Shown: one piece after another, positions 24,538 through 33,382 of the stretch
Numbering within the stretch: position 1 is the stretch's first letter
Layout: the number at the start of each line of letters is the position of its first letter
Origin: a virus
Taxonomy: Duplodnaviria > Caudoviricetes
DNA: 52,115 bases
IMG/VR virus record: IMGVR_UViG_3300020045_004852
Coordinates: 1 to 52,115 of that record
Reading direction: 5' to 3' (one strand)
Translations under genes and position numbers: made by a program
The notes under the pieces: model-generated
The model's database searches: none
Seen by the model: the letters and a program-made list of their open reading frames with translations, nothing else
What the model was told of the DNA's origin: nothing

Positions 24538-24562
24538 AAGCCCGAACAAATCGGGCTTTTTT
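24538..24562 (+). terminator. Rho-independent terminator
   Basis: aagcccga...tcgggctt plus T-tract. Confidence 0.8.
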
Positions 24563-24597
24563 CATTTATACCAGGCACTTCACAAACTGGAGATTGT

Positions 24598-25194
24598 ATG
24601 AGCGCCGAATACCCCGAAAATCAAACCGAACTTCCGCTGGATGAAGAAGAATCCATGCTGCAACTGCGCCTGGCCGAAATCGCTGAAATCAAGAAGGCCA
24701 ATGCTATCAAGGCCCGTGCCGATGCGCTGGTGCCCGTTTTGGCCGCGATCAAAGAGCACGGATTTACCGCTGCTGAGCTGGGTTTCAAAAAATCAGCGCT
24801 GGCAGCCGCCGAAAAGAAGGCACCTGAAGTCGTCGGCGACGATGGCCGCAAAAAAGTTGCGCCGCTTTACCGCGACCCGGAAAGTGGTGCAACTTGGACG
24901 GGACGCGGCAAGACGCCGGGCTGGATGCAGCGCAAAATCGCTGCGGGCAAAATCCGTGATGATTTTCTGATCGACAAGCCGACTGCGCCGCCAGAATCCG
25001 GCCAGATTCTCCAAGGGCCAGAAACTGCTGGGCTGGACGTGGTTGCTTCGCCGGGCTTGCTGGGAGACCTGCCGAAAATCGACGAGCCGACCGCAGGTTG
25101 CATCAATGATCCGCAGCATAATGACGAGACTGGCTACGTTTACAGAACTGGGTCAAAAGCAGCCGACGGCGCCGACCCGTTCACGACCGCGTAA
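24598..25194 (+). CDS. hns: H-NS family (Bv3F-like) nucleoid/silencer protein with acidic extensions
   Basis: IKEHGFTAAELG...KVAPLYRDPESGATWTGRGKTPGWM DNA-binding motif. Confidence 0.9.
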   Translation: MSAEYPENQTELPLDEEESMLQLRLAEIAEIKKANAIKARADALVPVLAAIKEHGFTAAELGFKKSALAAAEKKAPEVVGDDGRKKVAPLYRDPESGATWTGRGKTPGWMQRKIAAGKIRDDFLIDKPTAPPESGQILQGPETAGLDVVASPGLLGDLPKIDEPTAGCINDPQHNDETGYVYRTGSKAADGADPFTTA

Positions 25195-25208
25195 CACTTG
25201 GGGGAAAA

Positions 25209-25406
25209 ATGGCAAAAGAACTGAAAACCCTGAAGGCTTTGCTTAAAGCGAAGGAAGAAGGAAAATTCACCGGGAAAATCGTCATCGACAATGATGAAGT
25301 TCTGGCTGTGCAGGGGGATGACGTTTTTGCACGACTTGATGGCCCCGATCAACTGATTTTCGAAGCGCTAAAGCTGCTTGGGTTTGAAAAAGTCGCACGC
25401 TGCTGA
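25209..25406 (+). CDS. Hypothetical protein
   Basis: GGGG RBS; followed by a terminator. Confidence 0.7.
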   Translation: MAKELKTLKALLKAKEEGKFTGKIVIDNDEVLAVQGDDVFARLDGPDQLIFEALKLLGFEKVARC

Positions 25407-25429
25407 GTAGTTTCGCCAGTACCCAGCAC

Positions 25430-25454
25430 AAGCCCGCCCCGTGCGGGCTTTTTT
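25430..25454 (+). terminator. Rho-independent terminator
   Basis: aagcccgc...gcgggctt plus T-tract. Confidence 0.85.
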
Positions 25455-25557
25455 ACGCCTGAAAAAAGATTGAAAAATAGTTGCTTGATGCTGTGATTGT
25501 GTGGGACAATATCATTCATGGGCAGGCAATAACGCAGGCTCAAAAAAGGAGATAGAA

Positions 25558-26013
25558 ATGAATGCAGCATACTGGAATGCAGTCAACGAAGGTGGTGAAG
25601 GTTATGTCAAGCACGCGCCGACACCGCGCAGCAGCAATGAGGTTGAGTTTGATCTGCGTGACGCAGAGCGCGATCTGGCAAGCGCCAAGGTCAATGCCGC
25701 GTACAAGGGCGGCGAAGACGGTACGGCTTACAAAGTCGAGCGGCTCGAGGCAAAAATTACAAAACTGCGCGCAGAGCTGGGCCTGCCAGCCACGCCAGTT
25801 GCCGCAGTTGCCGACCTGTCAGCCCCGGCCCAGGCTTCAGGGTCAGCAGCAACGCCTCAGCAAAAAGCTGCCGCCCAAACGCAAGCCCGCATGATTGCGG
25901 GCAAGCGCCGCACCCATGCGGACGCAGTGCGCTTTGCCAAGGCCGCGCTCAGTGGTGGCGACAAAGTTAACTTTTTGGCCGCCGTTAAGGCTGCATTCCC
26001 CGAGTTGTATTAA
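25558..26013 (+). CDS. Hypothetical protein (cassette C)
   Basis: AGGAG RBS; starts with YWNAVNEGGEGY; promoter-like TTGCTT...GACAAT upstream. Confidence 0.8.
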   Translation: MNAAYWNAVNEGGEGYVKHAPTPRSSNEVEFDLRDAERDLASAKVNAAYKGGEDGTAYKVERLEAKITKLRAELGLPATPVAAVADLSAPAQASGSAATPQQKAAAQTQARMIAGKRRTHADAVRFAKAALSGGDKVNFLAAVKAAFPELY

Positions 26014-26024
26014 GGAGCGCAAAA

Positions 26025-26255
26025 ATGTATTTACTCAAAAATGGCAACGAGGTCACAAAAGAGAAAATCAGCGAGGCATTTTCCGCTGGCCTTGCTGTGC
26101 TGTCGCACCAAAACGCAGAGGGATTCACCGATACCAGCCTGATGCTCGACGGCGAACACTACGACACCCGCGGCGAGTGCTACAGCGTCTGGGATGAGTG
26201 CTGGACTACAAAGCCAAAATCACTGGCTCAGTGCTATGGGGTGGCTCGCTGGTGA
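26025..26255 (+). CDS. Hypothetical protein (cassette C)
   Basis: AAGGAG RBS. Confidence 0.75.
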   Translation: MYLLKNGNEVTKEKISEAFSAGLAVLSHQNAEGFTDTSLMLDGEHYDTRGECYSVWDECWTTKPKSLAQCYGVARW

Positions 26256-26431
26256 CTACTCAACCCAAGCGTCCACCAGCCGAGCGCGGACAGGGGCGCA
26301 AAAGCCTACAAGGCGCCGGTAAGTCGCCAGTCCTGCGAACCCGCATGACGCCAGAGCTTAAAGCGCGCGCAGAGCGCAACGGCCCGCAGTGGGTGCGCGA
26401 CACGCTGGCAGCAGCGCCAGACCCGCAGTAG
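26252..26431 (+). CDS. Small ribbon-helix-helix-like regulator
   Basis: GTGA overlap; RGQGRKS...VLRTRMTPELK....G.QWVRDTL. Confidence 0.7.
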   Translation: MTTQPKRPPAERGQGRKSLQGAGKSPVLRTRMTPELKARAERNGPQWVRDTLAAAPDPQ

Positions 26432-26446
26432 GCTATCCCAACACAG

Positions 26447-26471
26447 AGCCCGCACATCGCGGGCTTTTTTT
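26447..26471 (+). terminator. Rho-independent terminator
   Basis: agcccgc...gcgggct plus T-tract. Confidence 0.85.
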
Positions 26472-26497
26472 GCGCCCGCCAGTGTACAATGCAACAA

Positions 26498-26682
26498 ACT
26501 GGGGTCTGCAACCTCCAGCCGGGCCAATCCTGCCGGGCACACTGCTGACAATGCCTCCCGCCGCGTCCCACACTTACAGCGCGGCGTTCAAGGTCAACTG
26601 GCGCAGACTTAAACGGCGAGCCGGAAATTGTCGGAATGGATCGGGAAGGCTGGCTACGCGCTGGCCTTTCCGTTTTCTGCGC
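26498..26682 (+). ncRNA. Probable third, divergent c4-type RNA with leader
   Basis: Outer stem 26601-26616/26670-26682 encloses two hairpins; loop ATTGTC is complementary to upstream GACAAT; linker GGATCGG pairs 6/7 with upstream CCAATCC; TACAAT -10 at 26485. Confidence 0.5.
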
Positions 26683-26706
26683 TCGGTAAAAATTTCAGGA
26701 AAAATC

Positions 26707-26967
26707 ATGAATCTCAGTTTTGACGATCAAGTGGCACTCAAATCAATGTTAGTGATTGAAAAGTGGTGCGAAAAAATGAAGACAGAAGTCACGCCGGTCA
26801 CGGTGGGCGTGGTGATGAAATACAAAAGCATGATTCCAAAAAAGACGCCTGACGAAATTTTGGAAAGCGAGTCGAGCCCGTACTGGTTCGGGTACGCTGA
26901 GGCGCTTAAAGAGTACCTGCAAGTTTTCACGAGGCTCGAAGTTGGCGGCGGTAAAATCGCAAAATGA
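26707..26967 (+). CDS. Hypothetical protein
   Basis: AGGA RBS; ATGA-coupled to the Q-like gene. Confidence 0.7.
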   Translation: MNLSFDDQVALKSMLVIEKWCEKMKTEVTPVTVGVVMKYKSMIPKKTPDEILESESSPYWFGYAEALKEYLQVFTRLEVGGGKIAK

Positions 26968-27494
26968 GCACAACAATCGAAGAACGCTACGGAGCAGCAG
27001 CACACACCGGGAGCCTGAAAATCGGCGAGCACGGGAGGTCGGGCGCAGTTGAGGTGCTGATGGCTGCTGGAATGTCACCGCAGCGACTGGGCGCCGCGTT
27101 GATCCGCCTGCACTCGGAATATGACGGCTCAGGCTTTCGGCGCGGCGTCGGCGGCGCAGTTGACTTGATGCTGTTGCGCGGGCAGCTCAGGAGCCTGGAT
27201 AGCGTCATCCGGGCGGCGACGGATTGGGCTGAAAGGTCTGGGATTGAGAATGCCGCGAAGGTCGTGCCCGCTGCGCTGAGCTGGTGGATCAACAATGCCT
27301 GCCACGCCTGCGCTGGACACGGGAAACAGAAAATCAAGGACTCGCCCGCGCTGTCAAACATCCGGTGCCGGGCGTGCAATGGCACTGGCCAGCAGAAGCT
27401 GCTGTACGGCGAGGCCGGTCGGCGTGTCGCGGCTTACCTGGATGACTGCAAATCAAGGGCAGCTCATTCAATCTCGAAAAGGCTTCGCGGGTAA
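26964..27494 (+). CDS. Late antitermination protein Q-like
   Basis: WW....CHACAGHG...CRACNGTG zinc finger; last gene before a promoter-terminator unit and the terminase. Confidence 0.75.
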   Translation: MSTTIEERYGAAAHTGSLKIGEHGRSGAVEVLMAAGMSPQRLGAALIRLHSEYDGSGFRRGVGGAVDLMLLRGQLRSLDSVIRAATDWAERSGIENAAKVVPAALSWWINNACHACAGHGKQKIKDSPALSNIRCRACNGTGQQKLLYGEAGRRVAAYLDDCKSRAAHSISKRLRG

Positions 27495-27650
27495 ATCGTG
27501 TCATAATGGCGGCAGGAGGGCACACGCTGCTGAGCGTGTCGCGCCTGTGGTCTGTTGAATGCCTCACGCGGTCAGTCCGACGTGAGTAGCCTTAGATGGA
27601 TTTTTTCGTCCTAAATTTTCCAGCCCTGCCGAAACCGTCAGGGCTTTTTT
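27495..27650 (+). promoter_or_regulatory. pR'-like late promoter, structured leader and tR'-like terminator
   Basis: TGtCATAAT extended -10 near 27500; hairpins; agccctg...cagggct plus T-tract at 27622-27650. Confidence 0.65.
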
Positions 27651-27669
27651 ATTGCCCTGGAGGGCTAAA

Positions 27670-28119
27670 GTGGCCCTAACAGCAAAACAAGAGCGATTTG
27701 TCGCAGAGTATTTAATCGATTTGAACGCAACGCAGGCGGCTATTCGGGCTGGGTATAGCGCAAAGACGGCGAATGTCATAGGCCCGGAAAACCTTGTAAA
27801 ACCTTGCGTTGCAGAGGCCATTACTGCTGCGACAAAGGCCCGCAGCGAGCGCACAGAAATCACACAGGATTACGTGCTGAGCACGATCAAAGACACAATC
27901 GAACGCTGCCGACAGGCAAAGCCGGTGTTGCAACGCAATGGAGAGCCCGTGATGGTTGAGACGCCCGATGGCGGCATCGCACCGGCCTACGACTTTGATT
28001 CGATGGCCGTGCTTAAGGGGGCCGAGCTGCTGGGTAAGCACCTGAAAATGTTTACGGACAAGGTGGAGCTGGGTGGCAAAGTCACAGTCGTGGCCTCGCC
28101 GCTTGACGAGCTTTTGTAA
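27670..28119 (+). CDS. terS: Terminase small subunit
   Basis: LTAKQERFVAEYLIDLNATQAAIRAGYSAKTA...ELLGKHLKMFTDKVE; GTG after GGAGG. Confidence 0.95.
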   Translation: MALTAKQERFVAEYLIDLNATQAAIRAGYSAKTANVIGPENLVKPCVAEAITAATKARSERTEITQDYVLSTIKDTIERCRQAKPVLQRNGEPVMVETPDGGIAPAYDFDSMAVLKGAELLGKHLKMFTDKVELGGKVTVVASPLDELL

Positions 28120-28179
28120 CAGTGGCGTGGTCAAAGTCTCAAAAAAAGCGGCGTTTGACCAAAAATCTGTAACAAATCC

Positions 28180-29523
28180 ATGAAATTGACTGAACGACAA
28201 CTGATGGCACAGCAAGTGCTGGCCAGCAGCGCGACGCATATCATGTTGTTCGGTGGAAGTCGAAGTGGCAAAACTTTTCTGCTGGTGCGCAATGTCTGCA
28301 TGCGGGCCATCAAGGCGCCAGGCAGTCGCCATGCTATCCTGCGGTTTCGCTTCAACGCGGTCAAAGCTGCTGTGATGTTGGACACGTTCCCAAAGGTCAT
28401 GCGACTGGCGTTCCCCGGCGTCAAAGTCACGCCGCACGCGCAAGAGGGTTATGTCGAGTTCGAGAACGGCTCGCAAATATGGTTCGGCGGCTTGGATGAC
28501 AAAGAGCGGGTGGAGAAGATTCTGGGTATGGAGTTTGCCACCATCTACTTGAACGAATCCAGCCAGATACCGCAATCGTCGCGTGACGTTGCGGTGACCC
28601 GGCTGGCGCAGCAAGTGGCGCAAGAGATTGACGGCAGGCCGTCACAGCTTTTGAAGCCGCGCATGTATTACGACTGCAACCCGCCGTCAAAGGTGCATTG
28701 GACGTATCGCCTATTTGTTGAAAAGCGCGACCCAGACACAAAAAAGCCGCTACCGCATCCTGATGATTACGCCTATTTCCAGATTAACCCGCAGGACAAC
28801 GCTGCCAACGTCAGCGCGGGCTACCTGGACACACTCAAGGGTCTGAGCGCAAGGCTGCAAAAGCGGTTCCTGAAAGGTGAGTTTGCCGACGCCACGCCGA
28901 ACGCACTGTTTACCGACGAGGTGATTGATAAATGGCGCGTGGTTGATGGCGTGCTGCCGGATTTTGTGCGAGTCGTGGTCGGGGTTGATCCGTCGGGCTC
29001 TGATGACGTTGACAACGCTGACAATGACGCCATCGGCATTTGCGTCGGCGCGCTGGGTGTTGATGGCAACGCCTACTTGCTGGAAGACTGCACGGTAAAG
29101 GCTGGCCCTGCGACTTGGGGCCGCGTGGCCGCTAGCGCATACGACCGGCATGAGGCTGACGTGATTGTGGGTGAGCAAAACTACGGTGGTGCAATGGTCA
29201 GGGCCACGATCCAGACGGCGCGCCCAAGAACGCCCTACAAGGCCGTGAATGCCGCCCGTGGCAAGCACGTCCGGGCTGAACCTTTCAGCGCGCTTTACGA
29301 AAACGGGAAGGTGCGCCACGTTGGCGACTTCCCAGAACTCGAGGATGAACTGGTGGCTTTTTCAACGACTGGCTATGTTGGCGAGCGCAGCCCGAACCGG
29401 GCAGACGCATGGATATGGGTGCTTGCCGAGTTGTTCCCTGGCATGGTCAAGGGTGAGAAAAAGAAAAAAGAACCAACAGAGCCGCGTGGCTACCACGGAG
29501 GCGCCCAATCATGGATGGGATGA
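28180..29523 (+). CDS. terL: Terminase large subunit
   Basis: Walker A GGSRSGKT, Walker B-like IYLNES, coupling motif CNP, nuclease VGVDPS...SPNRADA. Confidence 0.95.
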   Translation: MKLTERQLMAQQVLASSATHIMLFGGSRSGKTFLLVRNVCMRAIKAPGSRHAILRFRFNAVKAAVMLDTFPKVMRLAFPGVKVTPHAQEGYVEFENGSQIWFGGLDDKERVEKILGMEFATIYLNESSQIPQSSRDVAVTRLAQQVAQEIDGRPSQLLKPRMYYDCNPPSKVHWTYRLFVEKRDPDTKKPLPHPDDYAYFQINPQDNAANVSAGYLDTLKGLSARLQKRFLKGEFADATPNALFTDEVIDKWRVVDGVLPDFVRVVVGVDPSGSDDVDNADNDAIGICVGALGVDGNAYLLEDCTVKAGPATWGRVAASAYDRHEADVIVGEQNYGGAMVRATIQTARPRTPYKAVNAARGKHVRAEPFSALYENGKVRHVGDFPELEDELVAFSTTGYVGERSPNRADAWIWVLAELFPGMVKGEKKKKEPTEPRGYHGGAQSWMG

Positions 29524-29870
29524 AAATGAAACCAGGTAAGCGCACAAGCGGCCCGGCCAGCTTGCTGTTGACGTACTGCCCGTCGTTGCCGTCGCCGGTT
29601 CGCGGGCGCGCTCTTGAGGTAACGCACGTCGTGACCCCGGTGGCTGACCGCCGAAAAGGCCATGCAAGTGCGCTGCTGAAATCCGTGTGCGCAGAAGCTG
29701 ATGCCGCTGGCAAGCTGCTACTGCTGTTTCCAAAGCCATTTGATGTACCAGAGCTTACCGGCGAACAGCTCGCGTCGTGGTACGGGAGGTTCGGGTTTTC
29801 CGCGATCCAAGTTGAGCCTGTGGTGATGATGGTGCGCCAGGCTGTTGGTGGCACAAAAGAGGAATCCTGA
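29520..29870 (+). CDS. GNAT family acetyltransferase between terL and portal
   Basis: VVTPVADRRKGHASALL...WYGRFGF; overlaps both neighbours. Confidence 0.8.
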   Translation: MKMKPGKRTSGPASLLLTYCPSLPSPVRGRALEVTHVVTPVADRRKGHASALLKSVCAEADAAGKLLLLFPKPFDVPELTGEQLASWYGRFGFSAIQVEPVVMMVRQAVGGTKEES

Positions 29871-32110
29871 TGGCGAAAAAGAAAGCCCCAGAGCGCGACG
29901 GCGACGCCCCGGACATTGTTGCTGAGGCCAAAATTCGTTTTGAGCGCGCAAAGAAGGCGCTGGAGAAAAATCGCACGCTGGCCGTGGCTGACACCAGGTT
30001 CGTCATGGGTGACAGCGACAACGGATGGCAGTGGCCCGATCAACTCTACCGCGCTCGCACGGTCACGGAAAAGCGTCCATGCCTGACGGTCAACGTGACG
30101 GCCCAGCACTGCAACCAGATCATCAACAACATCCGGCAAAACCGCCCGCAATGCCGCGTGCTGCCCGCTGACTCGCATGCCGACAAAAAGACGGCCGAGA
30201 TTTTCGGTGGTATGGTGCGCAACATCCAAACCGCAAGCAATGCCGACTTGGCGCACGATACAGCGTCAGAGCACGCGATCTACGGCGGCGAGGGTTATTG
30301 GCGCGTTGTCACGGATTATGAGACGCCAAAATCGTTCGATCAGATTATCAAAATCAAGCCCGTTGAAAATCCGCAGCTTGTGATGATTGACCCGTTTTGT
30401 GGTGCAGAAAGAATAAATGCGCAGTGGGGTTTTGTATTTGAAGATATTCCAAAAGAAGAATGCAGGCGGCGTTATGGTGTAGAGCCTGAAAGCTGGAAGG
30501 TTGACGCAAAAACAAATTGGGTTTCTGATGTAACCGTCAGAATCGCGGATTATTATTATTGCGTGAATGAGGCTGACACGCTTTACATGCTGCTGGATGG
30601 CTCAACGGCGCTCGAATCCGAGTTGATGCGGCAAGGCGGCGCCGAACTGGTGGCGCTGGTTAAAGCTGGTGCGCAGGACATTGAAAGCGAGACGGGTGGG
30701 AAGGCCAGCCGCAAGACATTCACGCCAAAATGGAAATTTTGCAAGTTGATCGGCGGTCACGATAAGCCAGTTGATGAACAGGAATGGGCTGGCAGTTACC
30801 TGCCGATAATTGCGGTAATCGGCAAAGAGCTGAACGTCGATGGCGAGTTAATCCGCAAGGGTGTTGTCCGGGATTTAAAAGATCCGGCGCGCATGGTGAA
30901 CTATTCATACAGCGGTGCGATTGAAACCGTCTCCCTGCAAAACAAAATACCGTATATTGCCGCAGCAGAAGCGATTGAGGGTTATGAGGATGAATGGGGC
31001 TCTGCAAATCAAAGCAGTGCCAGCTATCTGCCCTACAACGCTTTTGATGAAAACGGCAACGTCATCCCGAAACCAGAGCGCCAGCAGCCTGCCGTCATGC
31101 CAGCGGCGCAGGTCAGCATGCTCCAGTTGTCGGTCGAGCAAATGCGCGCTGCCAGTGGTCAACAGAACGCGAATTTCGGCATTCGGTCGGAGGCGGCAAG
31201 CGGCGTGGGTATTCAGCGGCTCAAAGCCCAGGGCGAAGTAGCCACGTTCCACTTCCCCGACAACCTGAGCCGCGCTCTGCACGATGAAGCCGTCATCCTG
31301 ATTGACCTGATTCCAAAAATCTACGACACGCGGCGTATTGTTCGCATACTTGGGATCGACGGCAAGGAAAGCAATGTGCTGCTTGACCCTGAGCATCCGC
31401 AGGCCCACGACGAACTGACCGAGGGTGACGTGAAAGAGGTTTTTAACCCCAGTGTGGGCCGCTACGACGTGGTAATCGACACCGGCCCAAGCTATCAAAC
31501 ACAGCGGCAAGAAGCCGCCGCAGCACTGACTGAGCTATCGTCGCGCAACCCGCAAATCATGCAAGTCGCAGGCGATATTGTGATGAAGTCGTTTGATTTT
31601 CCGTTTGCCGACCAGCTTTCTGAGCGTCTGAAAAAGTCGTTGCCGCCACAATTTCAAGACGATGACGAAAGGGAAAAAATCCCGCCCGCCGCGCAAGCTC
31701 AAATGCAGCAAATGCAGGAGCAAATCAAGCAGCTGTCTGACGCGCTGGGCAGGGCCGGGGATCACGTCGAGCAATTGGAAAGCGAAAAAGATATTGAGCT
31801 GAAAAAGCTGATGATTGACGCCTACGGCAAAGAGACAGACCGGCTGAAGGTCATCGGCACCGCAATGACGCCCGAACAAGTGCAGGCGCTGGTAATGCAG
31901 ACCCTGCAAGACGCATTAAGCGCCAGCGCGCCGCAGCAGCATATCCAGGAGGATATTGCAGAGTATGAGGCTGGCGAGGTGCATGAACAAGGCGAACAGG
32001 AAGACCAGTTTCCCCAGATCGGCTATCCGGCTCCTGACGATCAAGTCATGGCGCCAGACCAGCAATTTACCGACATCATGAACCAGCAAGGCCAGGAATT
32101 CCCAGAATGA
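29870..32110 (+). CDS. Portal protein (P22 gp1-like)
   Basis: WQWP...RPCLTVN...QNRP, GVVRDLKDPARMVNY, GRYDVVIDTGPSYQTQRQEA; 746 aa with a Q-rich helical tail. Confidence 0.93.
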   Translation: MAKKKAPERDGDAPDIVAEAKIRFERAKKALEKNRTLAVADTRFVMGDSDNGWQWPDQLYRARTVTEKRPCLTVNVTAQHCNQIINNIRQNRPQCRVLPADSHADKKTAEIFGGMVRNIQTASNADLAHDTASEHAIYGGEGYWRVVTDYETPKSFDQIIKIKPVENPQLVMIDPFCGAERINAQWGFVFEDIPKEECRRRYGVEPESWKVDAKTNWVSDVTVRIADYYYCVNEADTLYMLLDGSTALESELMRQGGAELVALVKAGAQDIESETGGKASRKTFTPKWKFCKLIGGHDKPVDEQEWAGSYLPIIAVIGKELNVDGELIRKGVVRDLKDPARMVNYSYSGAIETVSLQNKIPYIAAAEAIEGYEDEWGSANQSSASYLPYNAFDENGNVIPKPERQQPAVMPAAQVSMLQLSVEQMRAASGQQNANFGIRSEAASGVGIQRLKAQGEVATFHFPDNLSRALHDEAVILIDLIPKIYDTRRIVRILGIDGKESNVLLDPEHPQAHDELTEGDVKEVFNPSVGRYDVVIDTGPSYQTQRQEAAAALTELSSRNPQIMQVAGDIVMKSFDFPFADQLSERLKKSLPPQFQDDDEREKIPPAAQAQMQQMQEQIKQLSDALGRAGDHVEQLESEKDIELKKLMIDAYGKETDRLKVIGTAMTPEQVQALVMQTLQDALSASAPQQHIQEDIAEYEAGEVHEQGEQEDQFPQIGYPAPDDQVMAPDQQFTDIMNQQGQEFPE

Positions 32111-32400
32111 ACACCATCACAATCTCCACAGGCGGAACATCCCAGGTTGTCGAGGTCGGCGCCGTCAGCACGGCATCTACAGCCGTCAAGATTCCAGGTT
32201 CTGGCATCATCACGCCGACCATCAATGTTTACTGCCGCCGTGGCCCTGATAGCCCCGTTGCCCTTGCTGATGGAACCGACCAAATGATGGAGGGCGGAAA
32301 ATCGCACCGCGTTGGCGGCCTGCAATATGGCGACAAAATCGCGTTTATTGCAGCATCCCCCGGCGCTGAGGGATTTGTTTATATCACTGAAGGCGCGTAA
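32107..32400 (+). CDS. Hypothetical beta-rich virion-region protein
   Basis: ATGA-coupled to the portal. Confidence 0.75.
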   Translation: MNTITISTGGTSQVVEVGAVSTASTAVKIPGSGIITPTINVYCRRGPDSPVALADGTDQMMEGGKSHRVGGLQYGDKIAFIAASPGAEGFVYITEGA

Positions 32401-32418
32401 GCCGTCGCCAAAACAGTA

Positions 32419-32442
32419 AGGCGCCAACTGAGGCGCTTTTTT
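32419..32442 (+). terminator. Probable terminator
   Basis: aggcgcc...ggcgctt plus T-tract. Confidence 0.6.
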
Positions 32443-32543
32443 CACGCCTGCCACCGGGCCAAGCAGTTACCGCCAGTAATGGCCGCTACCGGCGCGAAGC
32501 CGGGCCTTGACTTAAAAGTCAATCCCTCAGAAGGAACAAAAAA

Positions 32544-33353
32544 ATGTCTGAAAATTTGACAGGGCCAGACGTGCCTGCTGTGCCCAGCGAAACGCCGACC
32601 GCTGAACCTGCGCAGCTCAATGCAGACACGACCGCGGCGCAGACGGATGGCGCAGGCGGTGGCGAGGAAGTTCCAGCGCCAGAACCCGAAAAGACGTTTA
32701 CCCAGGCAGAACTGGACGCGATCATCAGCAGGGAAAAGGCGAAGTCAGAGTCCAAGGCCGAACGCCGCGTGTTGAAGCAACTGGAGCGCATTGCGCCACC
32801 ATCCCAGCCTCAGCCGCAGCAGCGCCAGCAGGCCGCCCCCAGCGAAGCGCCGCGCCGCGACAGCTTTGATGATGACGAAAAGTGGCTTGATGCGCGTGAC
32901 GCATGGCGTGACCAGCAGCGTGACGCACGGGCCGCGCAAGAGCGTCAGCAGCAGCAGACAGCCGAAACGCTGCGCACGACGGAAAAGATTTACGCAGAAG
33001 CCGCGAAACTGCCGGGCTTTGATCGTGAAGACTTTGACGCATTGCCGCTGACGAAGCCAATCGTGAAAGCGATTATCGAATCTGACTTGGCGCCAAAGCT
33101 GATGGCACACCTGTCGGCAAACCCTGATGAAATCACGCGCATTGCTGCACTCAGCGAAACGCGCCAGATTATCGAGCTGGGCAAGATCGAAACCAAGCTG
33201 TCAGAAAAGCCAGCTATCAAAGCATCAAAAGCCCCGCCACCCATCAGCACCGTCGGCGGCAATGGCGGCCCGGTCATCAAAGACCTGAATACCGCAAGCA
33301 TGGAAGATTATCGCGCCATGCGGGCGAAGCAGGGCGCACGCTGGGCGAAGTAA
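32544..33353 (+). CDS. Capsid scaffolding protein
   Basis: Acidic helical protein (KTFTQAELDAII...SKAPPPI...SMEDYRAMR) directly before the coat gene. Confidence 0.85.
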   Translation: MSENLTGPDVPAVPSETPTAEPAQLNADTTAAQTDGAGGGEEVPAPEPEKTFTQAELDAIISREKAKSESKAERRVLKQLERIAPPSQPQPQQRQQAAPSEAPRRDSFDDDEKWLDARDAWRDQQRDARAAQERQQQQTAETLRTTEKIYAEAAKLPGFDREDFDALPLTKPIVKAIIESDLAPKLMAHLSANPDEITRIAALSETRQIIELGKIETKLSEKPAIKASKAPPPISTVGGNGGPVIKDLNTASMEDYRAMRAKQGARWAK

Positions 33354-33382
33354 GTGAAATCAAATCAACAGAAGGTATTTAA

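Noticed and set aside
27495-27650. tRNA or other standalone ncRNA after the Q-like gene
   Set aside because: No T-loop, D-loop or cloverleaf pattern; the hairpins fit a pR'/tR' late leader.
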